The position numbers were made by a program, and so were the translations under genes. Shown in pieces: positions 25,901 through 40,000 of a stretch of DNA of 64,000 nt. The notes under the pieces were generated by a model. It had not been told where the DNA came from and did not search any database. It worked only from the letters and a program-made list of their open reading frames with translations. Origin of the DNA: Euglena gracilis (lineage: Eukaryota); the NCBI GenBank assembly GCA_039621445.1, contig CP154954.1, positions 42,029,572-42,093,571 of the forward strand. Reading direction: 5' to 3'. Every line of letters begins with the position of its first letter. Within the stretch, counting starts at the first letter, position 1.

Positions 25901-27545
25901 CAAAGCAGGGGGGACTGATGGGGGGCCGGCATCCCCGTGGGCCACCCACCAGCCTCCCCCTGGGAGGGAGGGGAGACTGCGCTGGGAGGGAGGGGGCGTA
26001 GATCCCAAAAAGAAGGGGATGGGGAGAAAAAGAGGCCTGGCAGATGAGCTGGGTGGAGCTGAAGGGCTGGGGCTGAAGCCGCGGCCTGCAAGGCGGGAAG
26101 GGGCTGTTGGGCTGAACCCCCAGTTTGCTCGGCTTCGATTGGCATTTTCAAGCATGGCATTGGGGGGTGATGTATAAAATATAATCTCACCACAGAAGGA
26201 AAATCTTGTCCGTTAACATCAACAAAACCCCCCTTTTGAGTTTCGCGCAACCTTCTGGCATCTTTTATGTGTAGGGTAAATTTTTCCTTCCAAACCACGC
26301 CCCCCCCCCAAACCCCCCCAAAATAAGACCCCCCCTGGGCCGATCGAGCAAAAATCCAAAAATAAGACCCCCCTTGACGACGCGAAGCGCCGGGGACGGT
26401 CAGATTTTCCACTGAAAAATTACCAAAAACCCCAATTTCTTCCCCCCCCCCATGTCCAATGACCGGTAACCTCTGTTCTCTGACCGGGGGGGGGGGGGTG
26501 GTCGTTGGACATAGGGTAGTGACCAAAAAGGTGTCCTCTGACCGGGGGGGGGGGGGTCGTTGGACATGGGGTCAAAAGAAAGTTGGTGGGTACCTGGGTC
26601 CCTACCCACCCAAAAGTGCCCAAATTTTCCCTTCCGGCGCTTTGCGCCGAAAATTTTGGGCAATTTTGACAAATTTTTGTCCAAAAAGTGTCAAAAATGG
26701 AAGGTTGGCCAAAAAATTTTAGTGCTCTTGGGAACCTGAAAAATGACGTTTTTTCGGGCCCTGGTCGGTCAAGAAAAAATCTAAAAATAAGACCCCCCCC
26801 CCCTGGAGGCTTCCAGCAACGGACCCAAAAACAAGACTCGGGTCTTAATTTGGGGGGGAGGGGGGGTTATGCCCGATTTATACCTGAAAATTGCTGAAAT
26901 TTTGCTGTTCGGGGGGCATTGGGCAGCAGTGGTTCTGCTGTTGATGGGGGTTTGGGGGTGGGGAACCCAGCTGACCTGGTCCCGGGGGCTGATTGCGCAT
27001 TTTGGCACCCCCCAGTTCCTGGCATTGAGGCAATCTGGCCCTCCCTGTGCCCCGATGTATACCTAAAAATTGCAAAATTTTGCTGTTTGGGGGTGTTTGG
27101 GCAGCAGTGGTTCTGGTACTGATGGGGTTTTTAACCCAGCCCCGGGGGCTGGTTGCGCATTTTGGCACCCCCTTTTTCTGGCATTGAGGCAATCTGGCCC
27201 ATGAAACCACGCCCCCCCCCCCAAATGCCCAGAAATTATACTTGAAAATTAACGATATTTTGTTTTTCGGGGGTGTTGGGCAGCAGTGGGAACTTTCATC
27301 TGAGGGCACACACACAAACACACACATACCATATAAAGCCCAGGGGGCTGTTTGCCAGATAAAGCCCGCGTAAGGGGGCAGTTGATAACCATGGGGAGCT
27401 TGAAGAGCCGGGGCCACAGGGACTGGGGACGCTGCAGGTTGGGGCCCAAGGCGGTCAGGGGCTGTGGGGTTTGAGGCCCAGGGAGACCAAGGACGCTGCT
27501 GTAGGGGGGGCAGTGGGGGTGGCCGGCAGCTGCGCAGGTGGGGGG

Positions 27546-27949
27546 CAGGCATTTGCTCAAGGACCCCGGGGGGGGGGTACTGGCTAGCCAATCGGCTGGA
27601 CACTGGAAAAAGTGGACTAGCTAGACCCCCCTCCCCCCCCCGGGGGGGGGGGGGTCCGGGGGTCCCCCTGACTGGAAAAATGAGGCTTTTAACAGGTTTT
27701 TGGCTGATTTTGTTCCAAAAATTCCCAAAAATGGCCAAAAACGGGGATTTTTGGCCATTTTTGGGGGTCTCAAAAATAAATTTTGGCGCTTCGCGCCGGT
27801 GACTGGAAAATTTTTTTCCACTAGCTAGCCCTGCTAGCAGACCCCCCCCCGGGGGGGTCTGCTAGAAAACCCACTAGCCAAATTTGGACTAGCTGCAGTC
27901 CAGCCCCGCCGGGGAGGGGGGGTACTGCAATCCCTTAAGCAAATGCCTG
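27546..27949. mobile_element. hAT MITE family D with nested insertion, splitting Pro-rich exon-like sequence
   Basis: TIR CAGGCATTTGCTCAAGG / CCTTAAGCAAATGCCTG; perfect TSD GTGGGGGG. Confidence 0.9.
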
Positions 27950-27989
27950 GTGGGGGGTGGGGGGGCGGGGGCAGGGTGGCCAGAGCTGC

Positions 27990-28608
27990 GGAGGTTGAGG
28001 CCCAGGGTGGCCAGAGCTGAGGGGTGGGCCCAGGGTGGCCAGGGGCTTCGGGGGTTGAGCCAGAGCTGCCGGGGTCGGTGGTTCAGGCGGTGGGGTTCAG
28101 GTGGCTGTGCGTAGCACCCCCGTTCCGCGCCGGGAACCCTCGCTCGGCCAGGGCGAACCGAGGCCAAGCGAGGTCATCCGGACACGGCCCGGGGGAGGTT
28201 GAGGCCCAGGGTGGCCAGAGCTGCGGGGGTGGGCCCAGGGTGGCCAGGGGCTTCGGGGGGTTGAGCCAGAGCTGCCGGGGTCGGTGGTTCAGGCGGTGGG
28301 GTTCAGGTGGCTGTGCGTAACACCCCCGTTCCGCGCCGGGAACCCTCGCTCGGCCAGGGCGAACCGAGGCCAAGCGAGGTCATCCGGACACAGCCCGGGG
28401 GAGGTTGAGGCCCAGGGTGGCCAGAGCTGCGGGGGTGGGCCCAGGGTGGCCAGGGGCTTCGGGGGGTTGAGCCAGAGCTGTGGGGGTCGGTGGTTCAGGC
28501 GGTGGGGTTCAGGTGGCTGTGCGTAACACCCCCGTTCCGCGCCGGGAACCCTCGCTCGGCCAGGGCGAACCGAGGCCAAGCGAGGTCATCCGGACACGGC
28601 CCGGGGGA
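27990..28608. repeat. 206-bp GC-rich tandem repeat, about 3 copies
   Basis: Near-identical blocks at offset 206 (28083/28289/28495). Confidence 0.9.
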
Positions 28609-30759
28609 CGTTGCAGGGATGTGGAGTGGGGTGGCGACGTGGTGTCGTTGCAGGCAGCCTCCTTTGCCACCACCAAAAACCAGGATTGCCAGGAGCAGTG
28701 CGGTCAGGGTGGAGTTGATGATCTGCTCAAAACAAAAGAAATTTTTGGTGTTGGAGATATCCTCCTTACCCATTTTACTCTCTCTCATACACTGTGGAAT
28801 TTACTCAATTTCCCCAAAATCCTTTAAGCAGTTGTATTTTTGTGTTCATTTGCACACCTAACCCGCTGGGAAATTGTCTCCAGACAAATGACAACTCCCT
28901 AAAAAGACAGGACAGCGGAAACAGACAATTGCTTGCCGACCCACGGGGTGTCAAAACGGTCCAAAATAGGCCTTGATGGGGGTTCAAGGAGGTCTCCAAA
29001 GCCACAGCATTCTTGGGTTTCCAGTTTGCCGTGGTCTAATGGTAAGGAAAACATGTTGGTTGCAAGAACTGGCCACATCTAGATGGGTGCATTCAACCAT
29101 TTTGGTGGACATGGACCAGGTCCATACAATTATTTACTGATCCCCTGGGGGGGAGGGGGGGTCACTCCAACTTTTTTTTTAAACCCAGTCAGTCATTTTC
29201 AAAAAACCAGCCAATCACTACCCCCCACCCGGGGGGGGGGGGGGTTCGGCCACTCAGAAAGCCAAAAAAATTTTAGGCCAAAAAAATTTTCCGGCTCCTT
29301 CGGCGCCGGGGTCACTCAAGCCACTTTTGCCCACTCCTGGGGGGGGGGGGGAGGGGGGGAGGGCCAAAAACCAGTCAGTCACTCTGAAAAAACCAGTCAC
29401 CCTGCAGCTGGGAGGCTGCGGGCGACCTCAGGAGGCTGCATCTGTTGGAGGAGGGCGACGTTGGGCGAGGGCGTCGGGGTCGTCGCTGTTGGATCGGCGG
29501 CAGCGTTGGTGTGGCGGTGCTGTGGGCTGACTCACAGGCAAGCCAGTTTCCAGTGCAAGCACACAATTGCCCCCCCCCCCCCGGGAAACTGTCTCCAGAC
29601 AGATCAGCGAGCACAGAGGAGGTACCCATGAGGACAGGTCAGCAGGTGGAGAGAAGACAGTTTCAGGTCTGGTTCAGAGGAAAAAAGTTTACGGGTGACA
29701 AAAAAATACGGGAAGCAATTTTTTCACAAGCATTGCCACCAGAGCCTGAGGAAAAAAAGATCGGAATTCTTTGACTCTGGAAATTGCCTCTCTTGAGACA
29801 AAAAATTCAATAATTTTGAAAAAAAAATTGAGGAGACAGGTCACTGGATACAAAAGCAGGAGGCAGGCCCCCTTATGTGCGGGTGTAGAGGACGGTTTCT
29901 GGGGATGACAGTTTCCTGGAAGGGGGGTAGGCAGCGCCCGAACCCCCTTTGTCCATCGATTGGGTTCCTACAACCCCCAACCAGGGGGGTGGTCATGCAC
30001 GCACCCCCAACCTGCAACCCTCAACCAGGGGGGTGGTCGGTTTACAGGGGTGGTTGGTGGACGGAGGGGGGGGGGGCGGGCAGGAGGAGGCCAGAATGTC
30101 AAATGAGAGGATGGCCAGGTCTGCGGGATAAAAAAACAACAAAAAATAAATTGAAAAAATGTAATTAAAAATGGAAATTTTTTTTAAAAAAGTCATGTTC
30201 TTGAATGGTTTTTTGAGATAGATGGACAAAAGCACAAGGAGAAGAAAAATTTTGGTTCTGGCAAAGGGGCCACGGACCCCCTTCGTCCCAAAGGGGAATC
30301 CAAATGAGGGGGGAGGGGTGACCTCTGACGAGATCACCCCTTTTTTCAGCGGGAAATAGCCTGGTGGGCGCAGGGACTTTCTTATGAGGGGCTTCAAAAA
30401 GTCCATAGAAATCGCTTTTTCAGGCCATTTCTTCAACAAATTGCCAAAAAACCACATGATGAAAACAGAAGCTTTCCGGTGCAAAGTGCTGGGGAAGAAT
30501 AAGTTTTGGCTTCAGGGGGCGGTCCAGGACCCCCCTCCAAAACCAGCGTCCATTTCATTCCCAACCCATCCGCAAAATCAATGCTCACTTGGAACCCTGG
30601 AGGAGATGTGCCAGAGACAAAACAAAAAAAAAACTTTGCATACAATCCCTTCACTCTTGTGAGGGTTCCAACCCCTGCAACCTCCCTCTCCCAAAACTGC
30701 ATAGCCTAAGCAGAACAAAAAAAACAGGCCTCGGTGGAACCGGGGACGGGGGGGGGCGT

Positions 30760-31150
30760 GGGTGGTGGCAGTCGGAGGCGCGTTGACAAACGGATGGTGG
30801 GTGGTGGCAGTCGAAGGTGTGCAAGGCGGTGGCAGTCGAAGGCGTGCAAGGCGTCGACAAAAGGATGGTGGGTGGTGGCAGTCGAAGGTGTGCAAGGCGG
30901 TGGCAGTCGAAGGCGTGCAAGGCGTCGGCAAAAGGATGGTGGGTGGTGGCAGTCGAAGGTGTGCAAGGCGGTGGCAGGCGAAGGCGTGCAAGGCGTCGAC
31001 ATACGGATGGTGGGTGGTGGCAGTCGGAGGTGTGCAAGACGGTGGCAGTCGAAGGCGTGCAAGACGGTGGCAGTCGAAGGCGCGCAAGGCGGTGGCAGTC
31101 GAAGACGTGCAAGGCGTCGACATATGGATGGTGGGTGGTGGCAGCCGGAG
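30760..31150. repeat. Minisatellite with GGTGGCAGTCGAAGGYGTGCAAGGC units
   Basis: Direct observation; unit lengths do not hold one reading frame. Confidence 0.85.
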
Positions 31151-32705
31151 GCGTTGTTGGAACAAAGGCGTTGATCATCATCCAGCTGGCGCCAATCAGA
31201 CTGGCCAGCAGGTGCGCAGGTGCGCGAGGGGCCAGCACCACTTGGTGCCCATGGCCCTGGTGGGGGTGGTTCGGGTGGGTGAGGGCTGGGGGTCTCCCCA
31301 ATGGGGCTGGTTGGCTGTGATGTGATGCACCCCAACTCATGTCGGTTGCACCCCCCCTCCGGTCCAGAGGGGAGGGGGTCGGACCCCCCGCTGAACTATG
31401 CCGGGGTCCGGGCTTTTTTTCAGACCCCCCAGGGGGGCCCACCAGCCCGGCGGGGGGGGGGGGGGTCCCCCCAAAAAATCGGGCTGTGTGAGACAATTGC
31501 CCAAGGATTTTCGGCGCCTCGCGCCAAAACCCATGCCCGGGTCTCTGCTGACTTGTAAAACGGTCCAGGCCAGTTTTGGGTGCGGCACAAAGCACTGGGC
31601 CGAATACTTTTGCCCCCGCCCACCAAAACGGCCAAAATGCCATTTTGCGCACCCAAGGGGGGAGGTTTGGCCCAAAAAATGCCAAAATTTTGGCACAAAG
31701 CGTTGGAAGGAAAAACTTGACTATTATGGGGGGGGGTCCCGGGGATTATTTTTTGCCAGGCAGTGAAAAGCCCTCAAAGGGTCAGATTTGCTCCTTTGCT
31801 GGGATGGGTCTTGATCCCTCCCCCTTGGGGCGAGGGGTGCCATTGCATCACAGTCAGCCTGAGGCACGGCCAGGCCAGAATGGGAAACATGAGGATTGGG
31901 GAGGTTGGCACCCCCCACCCATCCCTTGCCCACCAACGAGCTTGGAGGGGTTCCTCTTTTTGGGGGGTCAATCTTGCTCAAAAATTTTCCCAGAAAAATT
32001 GGCACTTTGGGTCAACCTTCCAGTGGTGCTGATTTGCCCCTCCCCCCCCCCCCAGTCCGTCCGGACCCCCCAGCCACCCGCCACCAACCTTTGGGGAAAA
32101 AAATGCTGTGAGAGACCACTCCATTGGGATTGATTTTTAGAGTCAGAAATTTTTCGTACCAAAAATGGAGGGGGAAAATGGGGTACTCGCTCCGTTTGAC
32201 CCTTGCAAACCACGAAAAGAATCCATGAAACCCTCCCAACCAAAGGGTTCAGGCCATTTCCATTTTGGCCTGAGCACAGGGGGGGGAGGTGGCTGGGCAA
32301 TCCATCATCGAGGGATGAGTTTGCTTCGGTTGCGGATACAGCGAGGAAAAAAAAGCCAGACCCTCTGCCTTCCCTCAAGAGCCAACCCCCAGATTCCTAG
32401 AACCTTTGTTTGTTGGGAAATCTCAAACCCAATGTCGCCACTGGGTATTCAAAGTGCCATTTTATTTGTTTGCATCTTTTGTGCGATTTTTTTTGTGGGT
32501 CTGACAGCTGTTCTCCCAAAGAAACGCTGACCAATTCTCTTTTTTTTGTACCAAACTCGGTGAAAAAAATCCAGATTCGAGAAATCAAAAAAAAAAAACA
32601 CAAACCAAAAAATCCAGACAAAAACTCAACCCTCCAAGGAATGCCCAGCCAGGGTTTCAACCCTCCCTCTGGGGGTTTGCCATCTCCCCCCATTCTGCTT
32701 CCCTC

Positions 32706-32763
32706 CAGGGAATTCCTTGAGCGTCCCCCCCCCCTGGAGGGGGTCAGCTGAAGGAATTCCCTG
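32706..32763. mobile_element. 58-bp mini-MITE or candidate nonconventional intron
   Basis: 13-bp perfect inverted repeat CAGGGAATTCCTT / AAGGAATTCCCTG. Confidence 0.6.
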
Positions 32764-32812
32764 CCCCAGGCCCATGGGCACCGGGTGCCAGCCCTGGGCG
32801 TGGGCTTGGGCT

Positions 32813-34019
32813 TGCGCCAAGGATCGTAAAGAAACCACATTTCGACCCAATAATGCTTCATACACATACATCCATGCACACATCTTTGTGCAAACATGTG
32901 ATCCGGATAAAACGGCAGGAAACAAAAATGGCGCTATAACTTTGAGGGAAAAAGTTTGGAAAATTTTGATAATGGAAATATTCGACGTTCTACGGATGGG
33001 ATGGCAAGGGACCGATTACAAGTTAAAAGCAGCCCCCCCCCGCCCCAACTCTTCTCAACATCCCCCTCTCAAATCGACAACCCTGGGCCAAGGTTCGATA
33101 TAAGGAGAGGAGGGGGGGGGTGGTCCGGACCCCCCCTGCGGGCCAAGAGGGGGGGGGGGGGGGGGGGGGGCAACACCCCCCCCACCTAGTCAGGGTGGCC
33201 GAAAATTTTTGACCCCCCAAAACGACCAAAAGTGCCATTTTGGGCACTTTTTGGGCAAAAATGTGCCAAAAATGCAAAAAATTTTCGGCGCGAAGCGCCG
33301 GAGGAAAAAATTGACCCTTTTTGGGGGGGGTCCCGGGAACCCCCCCGAGGGTCGGTCCGGACCCCCCTTGCAGGTGGGGGGGGGTGGGTGCCGGACACCC
33401 CCCCTGCGCGCTAAGAAGGGGGGGGGGGGGGGGGGGGGGGGGACACCCCCCCCACCTAAACCATGTACGCCCTCCTTATATCGAACCCTGCCCTGGGCCA
33501 TCCCTTTCCAACCATTGACCATTCAAAATGACATTGCTGCATTTGATATGAAATCCCGTCCTGGACAAATAAAGATGGGTCACAGTATCATGTGGTGCAA
33601 ACATGCACAAACAATGCACACACAGACACCATTAAACCCCCCCAAATAATGCCCCCGGGGTGATATTTTTCACTCAAAATCCCAGCCTGGGGGGGTATAA
33701 TTGGGTGAAAAGCACCCAAAATTTTTTTGAAATTTTTCGAAGTCCCGTGGGACCCAAAATAGCACCTGAAACCCCCCAGGGTTTGATATAAGGACAGGTG
33801 GGGGGGGTGGTCCGGACCCCCCCCTGCAGGCCAGGAGGGGGGGGGGGGCGGGGGGACACCCCCCCCACCTAAACAGTGGCGCGGTCAGGGTGACCGAATT
33901 GGGGGGGGGGTATTAACTCGGTCGCCGAAGTTGGACCATGAGGAGGGGGGGGGGGGGGTAGTATTTGGGGGGGGGGCACCATTTGGGGGGTATTATTTGG
34001 GGGTTTACCATCCTTGGGC
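32813..34019 (-). other. Nonconventional intron downstream of the apparent stop codon
   Basis: gcc-CAAGGATGGTAAA...TTTACGATCCTTG-gcgca|A; 12/13-bp stem. Confidence 0.6.
33089..33490. mobile_element. hAT MITE family E
   Basis: TIR as in 22540-22962; perfect TSD CCCTGGGC. Confidence 0.92.
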
Positions 34020-34064
34020 ATGTCACGTTGGCGATGTTCTCTCTCGCGATCTTCTTCATGTCGT

Positions 34065-37000
34065 TCACTGCAGCTTGTTCTTCAGCTTCCTCCACGCCCG
34101 GCGTAGGGCGTGTGGTCATGTGCAGGGCACAGCACTGGGCTGTGCTGCAAAGGGGTGGGGCATTTGAGAAGGCTCCCCCCATCCCAAGAAAACACGCCTG
34201 TCTGATTTGAGAACATACCCCCCCACCAAACAATCAATTAAACAACAGACTGAAAGTGCTTCAAGGAAGAACACAAATTCTGAACAAAAATTTCATTTTT
34301 TTTTTGAGCTTCTTCCCCCCCAAACCTCGTATTTGTGCATCTCGTGACATTTTTGTTCGCATTGCAAAATCGTGGTTTGGAGATTTTTTCAACAAACTGA
34401 AAAAAAAGAGACCAAAAGAAGCACAAAGCACGGGATTTTTCTGGGTTTCTGGGTTTCCCCAGGCCCCTGTTCAAAACTAACACTCACTTCTTGCCATGGG
34501 GCAGGTTCGATATAAGGACAGGTGGGTGGGGTGGGGGGAGGACAGTGGCGCGGTCAGGGTGACTGAATTTTGGCCTGGAGCAAAGCGCCGGGCCGAAATT
34601 TTTTGACCCCCCAAAACGACCAAAAATGCCATTTTGGGCACTTTTTGGGCAAAAATGTGCCAAAAATGCAAAAAATTTTCGGCGCGAAGCGCCGGAGGAA
34701 AAAATTGACCCTTTTTGGGGGGGTCCCGGATACCCCCCCCCCCAGGGTCCGTCCGGACCCCCCTGGCAGGTTGGGGGGGGTCCGGCCCCCCCCCCCTGCG
34801 GGCCAGGAGGGGGGGGTGGGGGGGACACCCCCCCACCTAAACCATGTACGCCCTCCTTATATCAAACCCTGCCATGGGGGTCCTGGTTTGCCAGGGCACG
34901 GGTGTCCGGGCAACAGGGCAACCCATTAATCTGCCCACCAATTTTCCTTGAAAAAAACCCACAATTGACCAATGTGGCTCAACAGAATGAGATTCTCCTC
35001 AGAAAACAGCGAAATAAACAAAAACGAGGAAACAAACAAAAACAGCGATAAATTTCATGTCACTGCAGGAAAATCCCGCCTCTGGCGGGACACCCACTCA
35101 GCCCCCGGGGAGGAGGTTTGCCCCCCCCCCCCCCGCCACACCACAAAACTTAAATCTCTGAACTCATGAACCTTGGGCACTGAACCCTGGATTGCCCGCG
35201 GCTTGCGCTGCAGCATCGGCCGGCGGCGCAGCGGGCTCCACCGGCGGCGGCGCTCCAGGCTGCGCCGGCGGTGCGGCAGGCGGTGCGGCGGCAAGCCACT
35301 GCCCTTGATGGGAGGGATGGGGTGGCCTGGGGGTCCCATGTCCCCAGCTGTAGCTGAACACAAACCCTGAGTTCCTTCGAAGCCACCCCAGCGCTGGAGG
35401 AGGGTCAGGAAGGGTCAGGAGAGGGTGGTGCTGGGGTGGGGGCGTTAGGCAACGGCCTGCCCGGCAGGGGGGTTGCCGAGCCCGAGGGCTTCGCGAAACC
35501 AGGCGACGACGCCAGGCGGTGGGGGCGGTTGTCGGTCCCGCCAGACTTGCAGGGGGCTGCGGGTGTTGATGAAGGGGGCGGGGGCTTGGCGGCAGGCTTT
35601 TTCCCTTTGAAGCTGCACACATGCCTTGTGTATGGGGGGGAGAGAAAATTCTTACTCCAAACTTCACCGACACCACCCCGTAACACATGGACAAGGCTGA
35701 AAAGAATCCCCAAAGGGAAGGGGAACGGGATCCCTGACCACCCTCACCCCCATCCTGGTCAGGGTGGGGTCCGCCCCTCTTGTCGTATTTCCGGGGCGCC
35801 GATCTTTCTGGGGAGGAGGGAGAGTCACGGCACACCCTGGCCAGGGGTTTTTTTTTAAGGCCAGGAACCCCCCCCCCCCCGGGGAACCACTCAATATTCC
35901 CAGAAAATGGCCAAAATCGCGAAAAATGCCAAAATAGCACCCTTTTCAAAAATTTTCGCTGCCGAAAGGTACAACTCACCAGCCCCTGGGGGGACCCCAC
36001 CGGGGGGGGGGGGGGGTGTTCAGTGGGACCCACCCTCCCTCCCCCCCCCCCCAGGGGTCCACGACCAAAAAAACCTCTGACCCGCCTAAAGAAGGGACAA
36101 AAAAAGAAAGAAGTAAGAAAGGAAGCCTGGGTGCAGGACCAGGGCATGTAGGCCCAGGTCCCCCAGGCCGCCCGCCGTGATGGCGACCAGGTGGGCCAGC
36201 CGCACGCCGTAGTAGGCGGCGCTGTGCCGCCACGCCCAGTCTCACTGGCGGGGGGCCGGGGGGGGCAGGGAGGGGGCCACACTCCAGCTTCTTTCTACCA
36301 ACCCCCAGGGCGGTGCCTTGTGCTGTGGAGTGCCTGCCCACAGCAGGGACCCCCGGGGGGGGGGGGGGGCGGCCCCTGGTGCCTTCCACCCAACCAACCC
36401 AGCCATTTTCAGACCCCCCAGCACCGGATATGCTGCAGCACCACCCACCCCAAAACTTGCCCCTTCCAGGTGGGGATAAAAAAAATGCCCTCCACCCCAC
36501 CCCCCCAAAACACCGAGAGGGGGAGAGGGGGGGAGTGCGGTGTTGCTCCTCAATAAGAAGCTGGTGGGGGTTTTTGAGGCAGGGCGTGGCCCACCATAGC
36601 CGTTGCCTTCGATGAGGGGGCGGAGGCGGGCAGCGGTGGCGTGGACGAGGGCGGCGGCGGCTAGCGGCGGGGGCCCCTTTGCCAAGAGGGGGGCGATGCA
36701 GCCTTTTTGTTTCAACCGATGCTGAGAGTCTCGGAAATTGCGAGAAAATGACCTGAGCGTCGGAACACCCCCCCACTCCGTTTCCAATCTCAACTGGGAA
36801 TTGAATGTTCCTTTGAAAATTGACAATCGATCACTCAAATTGCAGGTGACCCCCCAAAAGGCATACATCAAAACCAAATGAAAATTATTCTGGCTGCCTC
36901 TGTAACATATCCCAGAGAAATTGATGGACAGACAGCGGAAACTTAAATGGACAGGTGCCAAACATCGCCAAATTTGAATCATGTCCAAAAGGGGAGTGGG

Positions 37001-40000
37001 GCAAGAGGGAGTGCCAACGAGATGGGGTGTGGGCAAGGTGCGACATAAAAGGCAGGTGGGGGGATGACACCCCCCAGGTGTCGTCCCAGGTGGAGAGAAA
37101 GACACCCGCCCAAGGACCCCTGCCCCATGAAAACCCACACCCAGGGTCGGTTCGGACCCTCCGGTCCATGGGGAACCTCGCTGAACACCCTCGTGACATC
37201 GAACCCTGGTTGAGAGACAGTTTGACCAACTACACCCAGGGCAAAAGGCACCCCGACCGCGCTGCATGGGTAGCGGCGGGGCACCCACAGCAGCCGTGGG
37301 CGGACGTGGTCCACCCACAGCCAGCCGTAGATGCCGGCCACCGCTGCCCATGCCAACGCGTTGGCCAGGCAGCTGCCGATTGGCGAGATCTGCGGCAGGG
37401 GCAGCGCAGATCCTCGGTTGACACTTCTGGCCAAACCAGGGTTTTTTTTTTTAAGCCGGGGGGTCCCCCACCCACCCACCCCTGGGGGGGGGGGTCCCGC
37501 GGGACCCACTCAATTTTCCCCGAAAATGGCCCCAAAATCGCGAAAAATGGTCAAATAGCAATTTTCGGCGCCATTGGCACTGAAAATTAAATTCCACCCC
37601 CGGGGGGGGGGTCAGGCGGACCCACCCACCCTACCCCCAAGATTAAAAAAAAAACCCCCTGGGCCAAACCCCCAAAATGGGTCTGTTAAGGATCTGCACC
37701 AATCTGTCAGGGAGGACAAACACCGCGGAGAAGATTTGCCTCTTTGCCCCGAGAAATGCATTTGGGGTCACCACATGTTCACCAACCAGGGTCGAGGGGG
37801 GTTCTTTTGTGAGAAAACCCTCATCGCCCAGTTTGGGGGGCTTCATTCCTTGCCCCCTTGTCCAACGACCGCTAATGTTCGTCTCTCACCAGGGAGGGGG
37901 GCGGTCGTTAAAATGGCCAATGTTCGTCTCTGGCATTGGGGGGGGGGTCGTTAGACAGGGGGGGAACGTTACAAAGTCTCATTTCCCCAAGATCGTATGC
38001 GAAAAGATCGTCTCTGACCGGGGGGGGGGGTCGTTGGACAAGCCCGGTCGTTGGACAAAGGGGGGGAGGTTCCTTGAGGGAAATCTGCCTGGTCACCCCC
38101 CGAACCAACCGTGCGCTGCCCTGCGTGTCCAGCCCGCCGCGCCGATGGCGGTGACGAGGGGGACGACCCACCACCAGCAGCCACGGAACTGTGAGACGGG
38201 GGGGGGGAATACAAAAGCACTTTGGGATGCTCCCCTGGCTAACAATAGAAATGCCGGAAAGCAGCGAAAAACGCCTGGAAATCTCACCAAGAGGTTTTTT
38301 TAAGAGCGAGGGGGGTGCCCTGCAGAGGGGGGGGGGGTGCTCCCACTACCCCTCCCTCTCTCCTCCCAATCAAGCCAAGCCTCAACAAAGTGAGGAGGTC
38401 CCCCCAACTTACCCAGCCCAACTCACTTAAAAAGAAGTCTGCTCCGAGGTCCAACCAAAAAATCACTCATTTTTCAGGATTAACAAATTGTCATCAAATA
38501 ATCACCCCCCCCCCCCCGATTTGAAAGCGTTCAAGCAGGCCACACACCGAACAGGTCGGCGGCCTGTAGTGGCGGGCGGCATTCTGGGCAGCTTCACGGG
38601 CGGCTACGGCTGGTGCCCACTGTGAAGGGCAAGGGGATTAGAGCCATTTAAAATCAGAATCATTGGCAGGTGCATCTGGAGTTGAATGCTTCCATAAACC
38701 CTAAAGAAAAACCAAACCTCAAGCGAGAATTAATAACAGCATCAGAATTGGAAGAACCAATGGAAAAAGATACATTCCGGCTGGAGTTTCGAACGGTGAC
38801 TGCAAAACGTGCAAAAATTTCTTAAAAAGTGTGCAAATATGCAAACTGTTCAAATATTTTTTTGGTATAATGCGCAGATACGTTTGAGATAAAATGCAAA
38901 CAAATTTGTCCCCCAGGGGGACAACAAACCCACCAACCCTCCCCCCACTGCCCCAGGACCCAAACATAAAAAACCCTTGGTCAGCATCCACTCACCCCCA
39001 GGGTTGGGGGTGGGCCACCATGGGGGGGGGAGGTTGGAACCCACTTTGGGGGGTTAATATGGAAGCCTGGATATTTTTTGGCACTTTGCGAAAGCAAGGG
39101 AGCAAGCAAACGCCAGCAACTCATCGCCCCCCCCCCCCCGCATGGTGGAGGGGCACAGCCACCCCCCATGCACCAGCCCCAGAGCCCCCATTGAAAGATA
39201 CGACGAGAACAGGGGGTGACAAACACACCGGTGCAAACAGGCACCATGGGCACAACGGCACGCGGTGCCCGTTGACGTCCGTCTCCTGCAGCCCGAAGCG
39301 GTGGTGGTGTGGCCACGCGCTCAATTTGTATAAAATTTAAAGAATTTAAAAAAGATAATTTCCTTCTTAAGCTCTTTAACTTTTCAAGACTTCAGACGCG
39401 GCCGGCGCCAAGCTTCATAATTTCCTGTGTGAATGGGGCTCGGGGGGTCTTCCCAGGTTAAAAGAACCCAAACCAGAGAGTGGCGGTGTTCAACGCAGGC
39501 TGGAGGGGATGACTTGCGTTGGAGGTCCAATCCAGGGGGGGGGGCAACGGTGATCACCTTCAGACCCGACTCATTATTTGGATTTCGTTTAACAAAGCAA
39601 ATTAGCGCGTGGGCGGCAGCGAGCACAGAGGGAGGAGTCGGCCACCGCGTGCAGCGTCTGGATACGCTTCGCGGTGGCCTCCTCCTCCGTCTCGACAATC
39701 CACCAATACTCGCCGGCAGGCTGAGTATTGGTGAAAGGCTGCAATGAAGAGCTTTTCTTTCTCGAAGAGGGTCTCCAACAGGGACAGCAATGGAGGTGTC
39801 CTCCCCCTGCAGCTTTTGTGGATTTGGAAGGCACCCAGGGGGGAAAAGCTCACCATTTGAAAACCCTCGCACTCACCATATTTCATCATCTTTGACCCTT
39901 TCTTCAAATCTCCAAAGTTGTGTCAAATCAAACAACACCCAGCCTGCTCGAGGAGCTGGCGGATTCCACGGTAGGGGGCGGTGATGGGGCCGAAGAGCCA

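Noticed and set aside
30578-31335. Repeat-protein ORFs (HAFDCHRLA..)
   Set aside because: Minisatellite whose units cycle through reading frames.
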